A stretch of 64,000 nt of DNA, from assembly GCA_965223545.1 (NCBI GenBank), contig OZ245006.1, positions 1,792,001 through 1,856,000 on the forward strand. The letters are read 5' to 3'. Of this stretch, positions 1 to 10,083 are shown one piece after another (the stretch's first letter is position 1; each line of letters opens with the position of its first letter). The notes beneath the pieces are model-generated. The model was not told the DNA's origin and made no database searches. It saw only the letters and a list, made by a program, of their open reading frames with translations. The position numbers and the translations under genes are program-made. This DNA comes from Planctomycetota bacterium. Its GTDB lineage: Bacteria; Planctomycetota; UBA1135; UBA2386.

Positions 1-22
1 ACTGCCGCGACCGACCGCCTGA

Positions 23-2365
23 TCAACGGCGCGCGCGACCAGCCTTCAGCTCACCGAGCACTCTGCGTAGCGCCTTGCAGTAAGCGGCCTCGCGGCTAAA
101 CAGGCTCCGGAGCTTCCGCAACTGCAGCACGAAAGGTCGCCCCTGACGCAGCGTCGTGTGCGAAACCGGTAGTTCGTGCATTTCAAGCACACCGTGGATG
201 TGTCTGCGCCGTTCCTTGTTGAGCGACCAGTCGAGCCCTTGCTTTGACGATCGGAGGAAGCGCACCAACTCGGCGCAGTCGCCACAGGTGCAGCCGAGCG
301 GGTGCTCGATGGACCAGTCGTTCGGGTCGCGGGCTGGTTTCGACAGGACCTCCCCGAGCTCGTCGACGACACCGCCATAGAGTGCGGTCTCGACGAGGAG
401 CGCGCGGAGCTCCGGCGCCTGAGCGATGCCCTGACGAATCACGGCCAGGCGGAGCAGCATCGGGAAGCCAGGCTCTTGTGTAGCAAGGCTGTCCGTCGCG
501 GTCGCGAGAAGCTCGTGGTCACGGAGGCGCGCAGCGGCGGCAAGCACCTGCGCCACGTTCCCGGCTTCGCTCGCAAACGCCGTGAGGTCGAGCCAGGCGG
601 TTCGCCGTTCGCGCGCGGCGATGCAGCGCTCGTGGGCCCTGGCGATCTCGCGGTCGAGCAGCCACGCCGCCAGCCCCGGCCCCGCCGGCTCCCCGCCCGC
701 GCAGAGTTCCTCGCAGACATCGGCGAGCCATGGAAGCCACTCCGGCGAGCCCCGCCACCCCTCGCGCTCGGTCCAAGCCGCGAACAAGGTCCCGGCCCAA
801 TCCTCGCCGTGCGTGCCGACCAGCCGGGCCAGCGCACGGCGCACGGCCGCGGTGCCGAGACGTTCCATGCCGACCGGACGAACGAAGTCGGCGGCCAGCT
901 CGGAGTCTTCGAGCCTCTCCGCGACCTTCATCAGCTTGGCGAACAAGCGCGGCTTCTCGTCGCGCAATGCATGGCTGGTCCAACTCGGCACGAGGGTCCT
1001 GACTTTCGCCTCGAGCTCCGCCGTGGCGCTCCGCGGATGCGCCGCCAGCGTGTCGACGGCCCAGGTCGGCGAGGCCTTCGCGTGCAACAAGAACGCCTTC
1101 TGCCGTGGCCACATCACCAGCGCCGCCCGGTGGTACCACCGCTCCTCGGTGTTGCCGTAGTTGCCCTGATAGCCCTCGTACTGGCTCTCGAACGGGTCCA
1201 TGTCCTTCGACGGCAGGGTGAAGCAGAGTTCTGTTGCATCGACGCGGCTGTGCGCAGACTTCTCGATCTCGCCATCGCGGTCGATCCAGTGGTGCAGCTC
1301 GATGCTGTCGTCGATCAGGTCTTCGAGCGTATGCTCGCCGCCTTCGACTTCTCGATACTCGCGTCCCCAGTAGCCGACTGGCTCGAACTCGGGCGAGCAG
1401 TCCCAGACCTCATGGACGTCGGCCAGCGTGAGGAAGCACTCGCAGTCGAGCTGATCCGCCACCTGGCACAACGCGCTGATGCGCACCCGATCCGCGCCCT
1501 TGAGCCGACCCCACGAGAGACTGCGCTTGCTGTACTCGTGATCGAGAAGGTAGACGAGGCGCTCGGGTGGCTGCGCTGCCTGGCTCGACCAACTCTTCTC
1601 GACCGGCGTCTCGAAATGCGCGCGCACGTGGGCCGCGAGCGTCTCGACGGCGGTCTTGCGTACGGCTGGCAACGCAACCCCACGCGACTCCCTGAGGTGC
1701 AGGTGGTAGGTCAGCACAACGCGGTGGCCACTCTTCAACGGCGCGATCTCGTGTCGACAGTCAGCGTAGAACGCGATGAGCGAGAGCTCACTCGCCTGGC
1801 TCTTCAAGCGGTGCAGGCTCTTGCTCTCGCCCTTGTGCTCGACGCGCAGGGTGCCGCCCGTGTATCGCGACGGGAGCACGACGAGCAAGGTGCCCACCAT
1901 GGCGTCGTCCCGCTCCGAGTCCTGGTGGCTCTTGAAGAACTGCCCGCGCTCGTAGAGCAGCATCTTGTCGAACACGGGTTCGAGGACACACCCCTCGGGC
2001 AAGCCGAGTTCGCGTCGAACCCTGTCGAGTTCGGCTGCGAGCGTCGCCTTCCAACCGCGCGCGGCGATCTTGACCCGGCTCTTTGCGATCTCCCAGGTGT
2101 TGCGCACGGCGCTGTCGTGGAGCGTCTGGTCCTGCCAGCCAAATGGCGCCGGGCGGGCCACCCGGCGCAGTTCTTCGGCCTGCGCCGCCGTGACCGGTAG
2201 ACGCAGCTTGCCGACGCCGCGGACCTCGATGCTCAGATCGGTTGCCGGCGCGCTGCCTCGGGTGACGAAGCTCCCCGAGCCTCCGGATCCGAGTCGAGCA
2301 AGCTGTTCGGAGACGAGGTCGAGCGAAGCAGCGGAAAACGCAGGGCCAGGATCTCCAAAATTCAT
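23..2365 (-). CDS. Large 2OG-Fe(II) oxygenase-family protein (~780 aa) with C-terminal extension
   Basis: HxD motif FFKSHQDSE, distal His and Arg in HEIAPLKSGHRVVLTY, preceded by KMLLYERG. Start moved from the ORF-track 2527 to ATG 2365 so it does not overlap the upstream gene. Confidence 0.8.
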   Translation of the reverse strand: MNFGDPGPAFSAASLDLVSEQLARLGSGGSGSFVTRGSAPATDLSIEVRGVGKLRLPVTAAQAEELRRVARPAPFGWQDQTLHDSAVRNTWEIAKSRVKIAARGWKATLAAELDRVRRELGLPEGCVLEPVFDKMLLYERGQFFKSHQDSERDDAMVGTLLVVLPSRYTGGTLRVEHKGESKSLHRLKSQASELSLIAFYADCRHEIAPLKSGHRVVLTYHLHLRESRGVALPAVRKTAVETLAAHVRAHFETPVEKSWSSQAAQPPERLVYLLDHEYSKRSLSWGRLKGADRVRISALCQVADQLDCECFLTLADVHEVWDCSPEFEPVGYWGREYREVEGGEHTLEDLIDDSIELHHWIDRDGEIEKSAHSRVDATELCFTLPSKDMDPFESQYEGYQGNYGNTEERWYHRAALVMWPRQKAFLLHAKASPTWAVDTLAAHPRSATAELEAKVRTLVPSWTSHALRDEKPRLFAKLMKVAERLEDSELAADFVRPVGMERLGTAAVRRALARLVGTHGEDWAGTLFAAWTEREGWRGSPEWLPWLADVCEELCAGGEPAGPGLAAWLLDREIARAHERCIAARERRTAWLDLTAFASEAGNVAQVLAAAARLRDHELLATATDSLATQEPGFPMLLRLAVIRQGIAQAPELRALLVETALYGGVVDELGEVLSKPARDPNDWSIEHPLGCTCGDCAELVRFLRSSKQGLDWSLNKERRRHIHGVLEMHELPVSHTTLRQGRPFVLQLRKLRSLFSREAAYCKALRRVLGELKAGRARR

Positions 2366-2375
2366 CGCGAGCCGA

Positions 2376-2666
2376 TCAGCCTTCCTCCGGGTCCATCCCC
2401 GGCATCGGCCGGACATGGATCGGTCGCGGCATCCGTGCTCGGATGGCCTCATCCCGTCTGCGCTCGCGATCGTCCCTGGCCGTCTCAGCGCTCGCCAAGG
2501 CCGCGGCGCGTGCTTCGGGGCGCACACTTCGAATCACCAGAGCGCCGTCTTCGATCTCGACCTCGACAACCTGAGTCCCGGTCTCGGCGACCCCGATCTT
2601 CGACATCAAACTGCGGTCGAAGATGATCCGCGAGCCCAATCCAACTTGATCTACGAGCACGTACAT
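2376..2666 (-). CDS. Small AbrB/MazE/SpoVT-like DNA-binding protein
   Basis: QVGLGSRIIFDRSLMSKIG...VEVEIEDGALVIRSV resembles the swapped-hairpin pattern; ATG at 2666; ends 10 nt before the oxygenase start. Confidence 0.55.
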   Translation of the reverse strand: MYVLVDQVGLGSRIIFDRSLMSKIGVAETGTQVVEVEIEDGALVIRSVRPEARAAALASAETARDDRERRRDEAIRARMPRPIHVRPMPGMDPEEG

Positions 2667-2783
2667 GAACACCTCGTGGTCCGAGTCCAGCCCGGGTGAC
2701 ACCCAGCATGGCGTCGGCCGAACCGAAGACCAACCTCGCCGCGATTCTTTGTCCTGGCACCCCCGCACCCACGACTCGTCCAA

Positions 2784-3287
2784 TCAGAGCAGATCGCCCG
2801 ACGGGTCTGCGAAGCGCAGTGAGAACTGCCAGCCCTCGTGCATCGACGCGAGCCTCTCGATGTCCTCCAAGGTGAGAGGACTGCCGTCGACGACGAACAC
2901 GATTCCGCCGGCCTCTTCCGACCAGCCAATGTGTCCGGCGAGACCGTCGTGAAGCATGGTCAGATCGGCGCCCTGCGCCGGCGACACGAGGTGTCGCGTG
3001 GCCAGGGCACGGCGCATCTTGTTGCGGAGTTCGCCGAGCGCGAGGTAGGGGCAGGTGCTGTCGAACGCGCTGAACTCGTAGCCATTCTCGTTCTCGGATT
3101 CCTCCTGGGCGCGCAGCGAGAACCCGAGCCCCACGCGGTGCAGCTCGATCGTGAAGCGGCGCGGTGTTCCGGAATGGTCGTGGACGGTCTCGACGATCGG
3201 GAAGTCCTGGTCGGGGTCATCCGAGGGCTCGTCGCGACCCTCGGAAAAGAAGCGGCCGTTGAACCTCTTGCTCTGGAAGGGGGTCAC
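2784..3287 (-). CDS. Hypothetical protein (start uncertain)
   Basis: Protein-like C-terminal part of ORF 2784..3776 (FVVDGSPLTLEDIERLASMHEGWQFSLRF). The ORF portion above 3341 runs into the IS66 and is spurious. Confidence 0.55.
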   Translation of the reverse strand: MTPFQSKRFNGRFFSEGRDEPSDDPDQDFPIVETVHDHSGTPRRFTIELHRVGLGFSLRAQEESENENGYEFSAFDSTCPYLALGELRNKMRRALATRHLVSPAQGADLTMLHDGLAGHIGWSEEAGGIVFVVDGSPLTLEDIERLASMHEGWQFSLRFADPSGDLL

Positions 3288-3398
3288 ATCGACCCGTTTC
3301 GGGATCAGGCGGATCGCGGCCCTTAGACGTGACCGCAGATTGTAACTGTTCCGGCAACCACGTCTGCAAACGCTCGAGTCGTTCGCCACGATGCGGCC

Positions 3399-3728
3399 AT
3401 GTCGAAGCGAGCAAGTCGTCGCCGTGAGATCCGGCAGGTTCTCGCGCTCCGCGAGCAGGAAGGGTTTTCGCTGCGTGCGCTCTCGGAGCGGTTCGGTATC
3501 CCGATCGGGACGCTGAGTTGGTGGTCGCATCGGTTGCGATCGGAGGAGAGCACTGGGTTCGCGGAGGTCCGAGTCGTCGATCGCGATGGTCGGGGCCGGA
3601 CGAGTAACGACGAGGGCGAGAGCTCGAGCCTTGTGCGGCTCAGGTTCCCGGCGGGCGTCGTCGCGGAGTTCGAGGGCGCGATTGCTCAAGACATCGCGTA
3701 CCGCTTGCTGGACTCTGTGGCCGACTGA
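3399..3728 (+). CDS. tnpA: IS66 accessory protein TnpA (HTH)
   Basis: First IS ORF, HTH-like SLRALSERFGIPIGTLSWW, TGATG coupling to tnpB. Confidence 0.85.
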   Translation: MSKRASRRREIRQVLALREQEGFSLRALSERFGIPIGTLSWWSHRLRSEESTGFAEVRVVDRDGRGRTSNDEGESSSLVRLRFPAGVVAEFEGAIAQDIAYRLLDSVAD

Positions 3729-4141
3729 TGCTGGCCTTCCCAGCGGGCGTGCGCGTGTACGTCGCCAACGAGCCAACCGACATGAGGAAGTCGTTCGACG
3801 GGCTGAGCGCGATCGTCCAGCACAGCTTTCATCGGGATCCGTTCGATGGCGACGTCTTCGCGTTCTTCAACCGGCGTCGCGATCGCGTGAAGATCTTGTT
3901 CTGGGATCGCAACGGTTTCTGGATCTCGATGAAGCGACTCGAGCGCGGCACGTTTGACAGTTGGCGTCCCAAGAGCGGCGACGCCACACATGTCGAAGTC
4001 GAGCGCGCACAGCTCGTGATGTTGCTCGAAGGGATTGATCTGAAATCCGCCAAGTTTCGTCGGCATTACTCGCGCTCTGTTCGTATCAATGGTCGCGATG
4101 GGCGGTCGCAAGCAAACGGTCAACGTCGACGCACTGGATGA
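3728..4141 (+). CDS. tnpB: IS66 accessory protein TnpB
   Basis: PTDMRKSFDGL...FFNRRRDRVKILFWDRNGF...KRLERG signature. Confidence 0.95.
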   Translation: MLAFPAGVRVYVANEPTDMRKSFDGLSAIVQHSFHRDPFDGDVFAFFNRRRDRVKILFWDRNGFWISMKRLERGTFDSWRPKSGDATHVEVERAQLVMLLEGIDLKSAKFRRHYSRSVRINGRDGRSQANGQRRRTG

Positions 4142-5711
4142 GGCGCAGCTACGTGCCTTGATCCCGGATCTGCTCACGCAGATCTCGTCGCTGAAGTCGC
4201 AGATGTCCGACCTTCAGCGCATGCTGTTCGGTCGCCGCTCGGAGAAGAGCCGCTACATCGACCCGCGACAGCTGCTGCCGTTCGCGCAAGAGGCTGTAGA
4301 GGAAGCGGGAGCCGACGCCAAGGCGGCCGAAGAAGAGGCCGAAGAGATCACCGTCCCCGAGCACAAGCGCAAGCGCACCAAGCGACGCAAGGACTTCCCA
4401 GAGCATCTTCCGCGGCAACGCTCCGTATTCACGATCGAGGGCGAGGACCTGCTGTGCCCTTGCTGCGGCAACGGCCGTCGGGAGTTCGGCGAAGAGGTCT
4501 CGCAGGAGCTCGAGCGCATCGAGCTCTCGTTCGTCCACCAGATCGTGAGGAAGAAGTACTCCTGCGCGACCTGTCAGGGCTACGTCGTCGTCGCCGCGGG
4601 CCCCACCCGAGTCCTCGACAAAAGCATCCTCGGCCCCGGCTTCCTTGCGCAGATCATCTTCGACCGCTTTGCCAACCACATGCCGTACGCGCGGTTGGAG
4701 AAGAAGTACGCAGCCGAGGGGCTCAGCCTGTCGCGTAGCGTCCTATGCACTTCGGCGATGCGCTGTGCCGAGCTCCTGAAGCCCGTGTTCGATGCCCATG
4801 TCGAGCAAGTTCTCGAGAGCCTCGACACCTCCGTCCTGCAGGTGGACGACACCTACGGCAACCAGCGCAACGGCCGAAACCCCGGACAGAAAAAGATCCA
4901 CGTGTGGGCGTGGCGCGATCAACACGCCGGGGTTTTCTACACCGCTACGGACTCACGCAATCGCGGCAGCCCCAAAGAGGTCTTGGGCGACCGCGGTGGT
5001 CGGTTGCAGTGCGATGGCCATGACTGCTACAGCGATCTCGATCCAACCAGCATCGCGCGCATCGGATGCTGGGCACACCTTCGTCGCTACTTCGTGAATG
5101 CGCGGAAGCTCGGCGACTCGACCACGGAGAAGGCTCTGGGCTGGATCGGCAAGCTGTTCGCGATCGAGAGCGTCGCCAAGAAGGGCAAAGATGGTCGACC
5201 CTTCACGGATGACGAGCTGGTCGAGGTCCGTCAGCGCGACTCTCGCCCGATTGCGAACGCGCTCAAGGCTTGGCTCGAGCAGATGCACATCGACCAGCCG
5301 AGCCTCCCGAAGGGGCCGCTCATGGAGGGAGTTCGCTACGGGCTCAACCAGTGGCCTGCTCTCGAGCGCTTCCTGACCGATGGCCGCATCCGCGAGATCT
5401 CGAACAACGGTTGCGAGCGTGCTCTGCGTGCAGTCGTGATCGGCAAGAAGAACTGGCTCTTCTTCGGATCCGAGGACGGCACCCAAGCTTCACTCATCCT
5501 CTTGAGTCTCGTCCAGTCGTGTCGAGAGCATGGCATCAGCCCGCTGCTCTACCTGCGGGATGTGCTTCACGCGATCTCGACCACTCCTGCCTCCCAGGTC
5601 GGTCAGCTGACTCCGCGTGGCTGGATGCTGGGACGGCAACGGCGTGCCCAGATCGCCAAAGCCGACAACGCGATCGACAACATCGTGCGTCAGTTGTTCG
5701 TGGGCTCGTAG
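4089..5711 (+). CDS. tnpC: IS66 DDE transposase TnpC
   Basis: LFGRRSEK, CPCC..CATC zinc finger, VLQVDDT, CWAHLRR, SNNGCERALR, GKKNWLF. Confidence 0.95.
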   Translation: MVAMGGRKQTVNVDALDEAQLRALIPDLLTQISSLKSQMSDLQRMLFGRRSEKSRYIDPRQLLPFAQEAVEEAGADAKAAEEEAEEITVPEHKRKRTKRRKDFPEHLPRQRSVFTIEGEDLLCPCCGNGRREFGEEVSQELERIELSFVHQIVRKKYSCATCQGYVVVAAGPTRVLDKSILGPGFLAQIIFDRFANHMPYARLEKKYAAEGLSLSRSVLCTSAMRCAELLKPVFDAHVEQVLESLDTSVLQVDDTYGNQRNGRNPGQKKIHVWAWRDQHAGVFYTATDSRNRGSPKEVLGDRGGRLQCDGHDCYSDLDPTSIARIGCWAHLRRYFVNARKLGDSTTEKALGWIGKLFAIESVAKKGKDGRPFTDDELVEVRQRDSRPIANALKAWLEQMHIDQPSLPKGPLMEGVRYGLNQWPALERFLTDGRIREISNNGCERALRAVVIGKKNWLFFGSEDGTQASLILLSLVQSCREHGISPLLYLRDVLHAISTTPASQVGQLTPRGWMLGRQRRAQIAKADNAIDNIVRQLFVGS

Positions 5712-5832
5712 CCCAGCCAGCTACGGACGGTCACCGTCGTGGCCGGCGCCGGTGCCGACACCCGGTGGCCGAAGTTTCTGTTCATGCGCCGGTTCGGCGC
5801 GGCGCGAAGAACGTGCGTGCCGGAACAGTTAC

Positions 5833-6063
5833 CGACTGCACCACTTCCGGTTGGTCACGACCGAACCGTTTCCGATAGAGGTGCTCGAGGTATTCCGGCA
5901 GCGGTGCCTTCCAGGGTTGCTGATCGTGGTTGTCCAGCTTCCCGAGGTTCTTTGGACTCAGGCCCAGCTCGCGAGCCATCTGCACGTGGGCATGCGATAG
6001 CCGGTGGCGCTTGCGGGCGGCGATCCAGTCGCGGGCCTTCTGGGGGAGCGGTCGGTTGGTCAT
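5833..6063 (-). pseudogene. N-terminal part of a ~106-aa hypothetical gene split by IS66; remainder at 20691-20788 (+)
   Basis: MTNRPL...HVQMARELGLSPKNLGKLDNHDQQPWKAPLPEYLEHLYRKRFGRDQPEVVQS stops at the IS end and joins in frame through the 8-bp TSD to IEEQTRAQ...DS*. Confidence 0.85.
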
Positions 6064-6543
6064 GTGCGTCGTGTGGAGTGAGCGGCTGGCGATCGTACGG
6101 GTGGATCGGCGACGGCCTGGAGTGATGACCAGATGAACGGGTTCTGCGCGGGAGGAGGCGCCAAATCAAGTGCTGGCGCGTAGTTCGGGCCATGCCAGTC
6201 GGTTCGGCCGCGACGGCAGGAGTTTTCCTGACCCGTGGCAGCGCGGCGCCCTCCGTCACCCCCTCCAACGTCGAAGGTCGTCGCGCGGAAGAGCTGCGCG
6301 CAGTTGCACGCGGACCGCTCTCAGAGTTGCTGCGAGCGCAGATCGGCTTTGTTACGGTCGTGCTCGACACGATGCCCCCGGATCCTGCGGTGTGGATGGG
6401 GATCGCCCGGTTGGCAGACGCCGCTGCGCAGGACGTGCGAGGGTCCATCGTACGTTGCCACAGCATCTGGCTAGGCTTGCGCGCCACGACGCCGCTCCCG
6501 ATTACATGCTGCCGTGGTTGGCGCGTGTTGAGGTGAGGTAGCC

Positions 6544-6681
6544 GTGCAGAGTGGCGGGACAATCACCGTCAGCACCGAGACCGTCGCGGAAGGTGGAGAA
6601 GTGCAGGTCGAGTACTCCGGCACAGGAAACGTTCAGTATCGAGTCAACGACGGGGAGTGGCAGGACCTACCTACCCCACCG
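6544..6681 (+). pseudogene. Possible truncated gene start (beta-rich) cut at a composition boundary
   Basis: GAGGT RBS before GTG; first ~45 codons look protein-like (TITVSTETVAEGGEVQVEYSGTG...), then the sequence turns AT-richer near 6682. Confidence 0.3.
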
Positions 6682-7263
6682 CTTATTATTGCAAGTGTAG
6701 GCTTGCGTCCGTCGGACGTAAGCCCGGACTTGCTCACCTGCAAGCGGCCCGGATTGGAGAGAAGGCAGAACCAAACAGGAGGCCATTATGGCACATCCAA
6801 CACAACGACAGCAACCCAGAGTGCAGCAGCTATGTCAGCGCAAGCAGCTGGCGCCGCAACACGACTACTATTGGAAGGAGACGCTACTATCGCGCCCAAC
6901 TTCCGGCGTGATAATCAGCGTTAAGCGCCGTGTCAGTCGCCGAGTTCCGCGTACGGTCTCGGTCGCGCCTTCTTTCGGCGCGGCACTGTGCCTGATTGCA
7001 TTCGCTGCGGCGGGCTCTCTGCTCCTGCAAGAAGTGCTGCAACAGCTCAAGTAGGCTGCTGTTCCGTGGGGAGGTTCAGAGCGCTCCCCTCTCTCTTGGT
7101 TCGTCTCGTGAGAGGCGACCTCGCGTTCGGGCGGGGCCGACCTTGCTCGTCTGAGGCGGCCCGCGACACCTCGGAAATTATTGCCGAACAGACTTGCCTT
7201 TCGGCGCCCCCTGAGGTACAGGGTCGTGGCCCCCCAGGTTAGCTATGCCCAATAGGAGGCATC

Positions 7264-8778
7264 ATGCCCCGAAAGCGTGACGTCGCGTTTCTGGTTGTTG
7301 TTTCTGCCGCAGCAGGTTCTATTTCGTCGGATTTCAGACGTGGCCCCACGGCGAATTTGTTCGCCACCGATATCCGCACCAGCACAATCGTAGTCAGCGC
7401 CTCTAACTCCAAGAACTCTCTGGAATCCGATTTCCAGTGCCCACCGCCTCCGGCGGACTCCGCCCCGCAGGTCGCTGCTGCAATCAAGGCGCTTGCAACG
7501 GTCGGAGGTGCGGGAACTAACACCGGACGCATCGTGTTTCTCGACGGCGACTATCAGTTTAACTCGACGGTAGACATTCGCCTGGACAACCCTGGCGGAA
7601 CACCTCCAGCGAATGAGGTTTGGGGATTCGCGGGAGAACTCACGCTAGAGGGGCAGTCCGTGCCTGCTGATCTTGATTTTAGCAACAGTGCACCGGCGGG
7701 GCTCCGCCTCGGCTCCACAGTGTTCAGCCTTGGTGCCGATGTCCCCATGTTCAAGTTTCACGCTCCGGATGATCCTGGCGGCAAGCCTCCAAAAGATCTG
7801 CACAACCGGATTAACCGAGTGGCCCTAAAAGGGCTCACGTTCCTTGGGGGGCGTAGGGACGCGAAAGTTCTACACTTCATAAATTGTGCAAAAGTGGAAA
7901 TCGATGACTGCGGGTTCGTGGAGTGTGCTCCAGCCATTTACAATGAGGATGGCTGGGATTTCCAGACCACTCGTTGTGGCTTCGGGGACTGCGGGGACAG
8001 CACCACTACCAACGGCCAGTTTCATAGGGCGGCTGTCGTTGGTATCGGTACGTCGCCTGACCGGCCCGGAGTAGCTTATTGGAGAATAAGCGAGTGTACA
8101 TGGCAGAATAGACTCGGTCCCGGCATTTTTTCTTCTAGGCTGAACGTAAGCCAGCAGCAGCTGCCACCGGGTTCGATTTACCTAGTGAACAGCAAGTTCG
8201 AGGATTTCGGGGTTGGCGCGGACGCGTGGCCTTGCTTCGTTGGCGAAGTTTCTCACGGGAGAATAGCGGGAAACCGGTTCTTCTTTGCCAAAAACGTCGG
8301 GGGATCCTCTCCGGAATTGGGTACTCTAGTTTACCTGAATTCGGGGTCAAGGTTCTGTCAAATCCAAGACAACCAGTTCTTGGAACCAGGGGATGACTCG
8401 ACACCTACAACGCCAGCCACAGTTACGACCCACCCTGCCCTGAGCATTGGTGGTTCCGACCATGTGATCACGGGTAATTTCTTCAAGACCAAGTACCCAG
8501 CAACAGCGGTGGTCCCATTTATTGAGCTACGAAGCAGTGCTAGTGGTGCTGTTGTTTTCAACAATATGGCGACTGACAACGATGGGGTTGGAACGAGGAG
8601 GTACAGGAATTTGATAACACAGCTGCCCAATGGGGCTGGACAAGACATGACGATTCTGGACCTCCAAGCGGAGGACGCAATCGTCTCCAGTGGACCCGAG
8701 CTCTTGCTTGATGGCTGGCTGGCGGTGAGGCTCCGTGCCTCTGGCGGCGACAAGCGGTTTATCCCACTTTACAAGTAG
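7264..8778 (+). CDS. Right-handed parallel beta-helix (pectate-lyase/tailspike-like) protein
   Basis: AGGAGG RBS; cap motif TIVVSASNS..DFQC..QVAAAIKAL..GRIVFLDGDY; repeated IxGNxF/IxDNxF rungs; C-terminal GWLAV...KRFIPLYK. Confidence 0.7.
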   Translation: MPRKRDVAFLVVVSAAAGSISSDFRRGPTANLFATDIRTSTIVVSASNSKNSLESDFQCPPPPADSAPQVAAAIKALATVGGAGTNTGRIVFLDGDYQFNSTVDIRLDNPGGTPPANEVWGFAGELTLEGQSVPADLDFSNSAPAGLRLGSTVFSLGADVPMFKFHAPDDPGGKPPKDLHNRINRVALKGLTFLGGRRDAKVLHFINCAKVEIDDCGFVECAPAIYNEDGWDFQTTRCGFGDCGDSTTTNGQFHRAAVVGIGTSPDRPGVAYWRISECTWQNRLGPGIFSSRLNVSQQQLPPGSIYLVNSKFEDFGVGADAWPCFVGEVSHGRIAGNRFFFAKNVGGSSPELGTLVYLNSGSRFCQIQDNQFLEPGDDSTPTTPATVTTHPALSIGGSDHVITGNFFKTKYPATAVVPFIELRSSASGAVVFNNMATDNDGVGTRRYRNLITQLPNGAGQDMTILDLQAEDAIVSSGPELLLDGWLAVRLRASGGDKRFIPLYK

Positions 8779-8782
8779 AGCG

Positions 8783-9856
8783 ATGTCTGGCCAACTCCCT
8801 TCATGGGGCGTCGATTCTGTTCCTGACGACGATCCCCGCCTCTCGGAGTTTTCTACCGAAGCTCTCTGCGGTGAACTCATCGCACGGCTTTCCAGCAAGG
8901 AGGTTACGAGTGGTGTATCATGGGAGCTGAAACCCTTCATCGATACAGCAGCGGCGCTCTTAGAGAGACCGACAAACAGACTCTCTCCTCGTCGAATTGG
9001 TCGAGATTTCCGAGGAACGTACAAAGCCCTGGGGGACAGCGGCTATTCTCTAAGTGGGAGGACAGTTCTTGACCTGGGGTGTGGGTCCTGGAACCCCGGT
9101 GGCCTGTCAATGCTGCACATTATGTTGGGGGCGACGCGTGCGTATGCTGTGGATACTAGTCGTCCAAAACACGAGCCTCGGGCAGCGCGAGCGCTAGCGG
9201 ATTTGATCGCCGCGATGCTGCTGCACCCGACATCGGTTGTGGGTGGGTACGCCATAAGCCGGTTTGAGGTTTTGCAGAACCTCCGTAGCTTTGGTGTGGA
9301 CAGGCTTGCCCAAGGGGATGTTGCTGGAATCGATGGGGAAAAGCTGTGCTGGAGATGTGCTGATGCCGCGGACCTACCGATACGTGATGGTGAGGTGGAC
9401 TTGGCGGTGTCGCACGCGTTCTTGGAGCATGTGCTTGAGCCTGACAGTGTGGTTGGAGAGTTGTCGCGAGTGACTTCTGCGGGTGGGTTTGGTGTTCACT
9501 TGGTCGACGCTACGGATCACAGGCGATACCAGGACAGGAATGTACACCCATTGGATTACTTGTCTCATGAGGCTTCTAATGCCGCAGGAGATGTTACCGA
9601 TTTGCCAGGCAAGCCCTGGCGAGTGCGTCAGAATCGCGTACGTCCACGTGAGTGGATAACGAAGTTCGAGTCTGGCGGGTTCACGGTAACCAGATACGAG
9701 CCGAAAGAGGTGATCAACGTCGACGACGAATTCAGGCGGAAGCTCGTGTCGCCGTATTGCGATATGGCATCCTCCGACCTTGGGGAAATCATTGCGCGGA
9801 TCACGGTGAAAAAAAATAAGGCGGGAAACTCGAGGGCCAACAGTGAGTATGGCTAG
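8783..9856 (+). CDS. Class I SAM-dependent methyltransferase
   Basis: VLDLGCG motif I, DLAVSHAFLEHV, GGFGVHLVDATDH; ATG 4 nt after the beta-helix stop. Confidence 0.85.
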   Translation: MSGQLPSWGVDSVPDDDPRLSEFSTEALCGELIARLSSKEVTSGVSWELKPFIDTAAALLERPTNRLSPRRIGRDFRGTYKALGDSGYSLSGRTVLDLGCGSWNPGGLSMLHIMLGATRAYAVDTSRPKHEPRAARALADLIAAMLLHPTSVVGGYAISRFEVLQNLRSFGVDRLAQGDVAGIDGEKLCWRCADAADLPIRDGEVDLAVSHAFLEHVLEPDSVVGELSRVTSAGGFGVHLVDATDHRRYQDRNVHPLDYLSHEASNAAGDVTDLPGKPWRVRQNRVRPREWITKFESGGFTVTRYEPKEVINVDDEFRRKLVSPYCDMASSDLGEIIARITVKKNKAGNSRANSEYG

Positions 9857-10083
9857 CCAGAGGCCGGGTCCGGTGATTGGGCCCAAGAAGTTTCTCGGAC
9901 ATCCGGGAACCGGTTGTAGGCGCTGCGGGAGCCGGGCAGGCCGCTGCCTCTCAGCCGGTCGTGGGACGACCGCGTGAGGAACCATAACCAGCTCAGCTTG
10001 ACCGATTTGAAACCAGAGGCATGCCGATGGCCGCTCGTGGCGCGCGCTCGGCTACCGCTCCAACCGCCAGAGTCCCGCGGAGC

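Larger units (their letters stand above)
3342..5832 (+). mobile_element. IS66-family element A, copy 1 (2491 bp)
   Basis: TIRs GTAACTGTTCCGGCAACCACGT / GTAACTGTTCCGGCACGCACGT (20/22); tnpA-tnpB-tnpC; flanks CGCAGATT (left) and CGACTGCA (right) do not match each other. Confidence 0.95.

Noticed and set aside
2784..3776. 330-aa ORF, and 20256..21488, sharing an identical N-terminus
   Set aside because: The shared part is antisense IS66 sequence read out through the TIR; these are chimeric artefacts.
3728..4141. tnpB genes as RNA-guided TnpB nucleases
   Set aside because: These are ~130-aa IS66 accessory proteins with no RuvC motifs, unrelated to IS200/605 TnpB.
6100..6540. Short ORFs 6170..6541 and 6192..6536
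   Set aside because: No recognisable motif or clear start signal; may be a decayed gene but cannot be supported.
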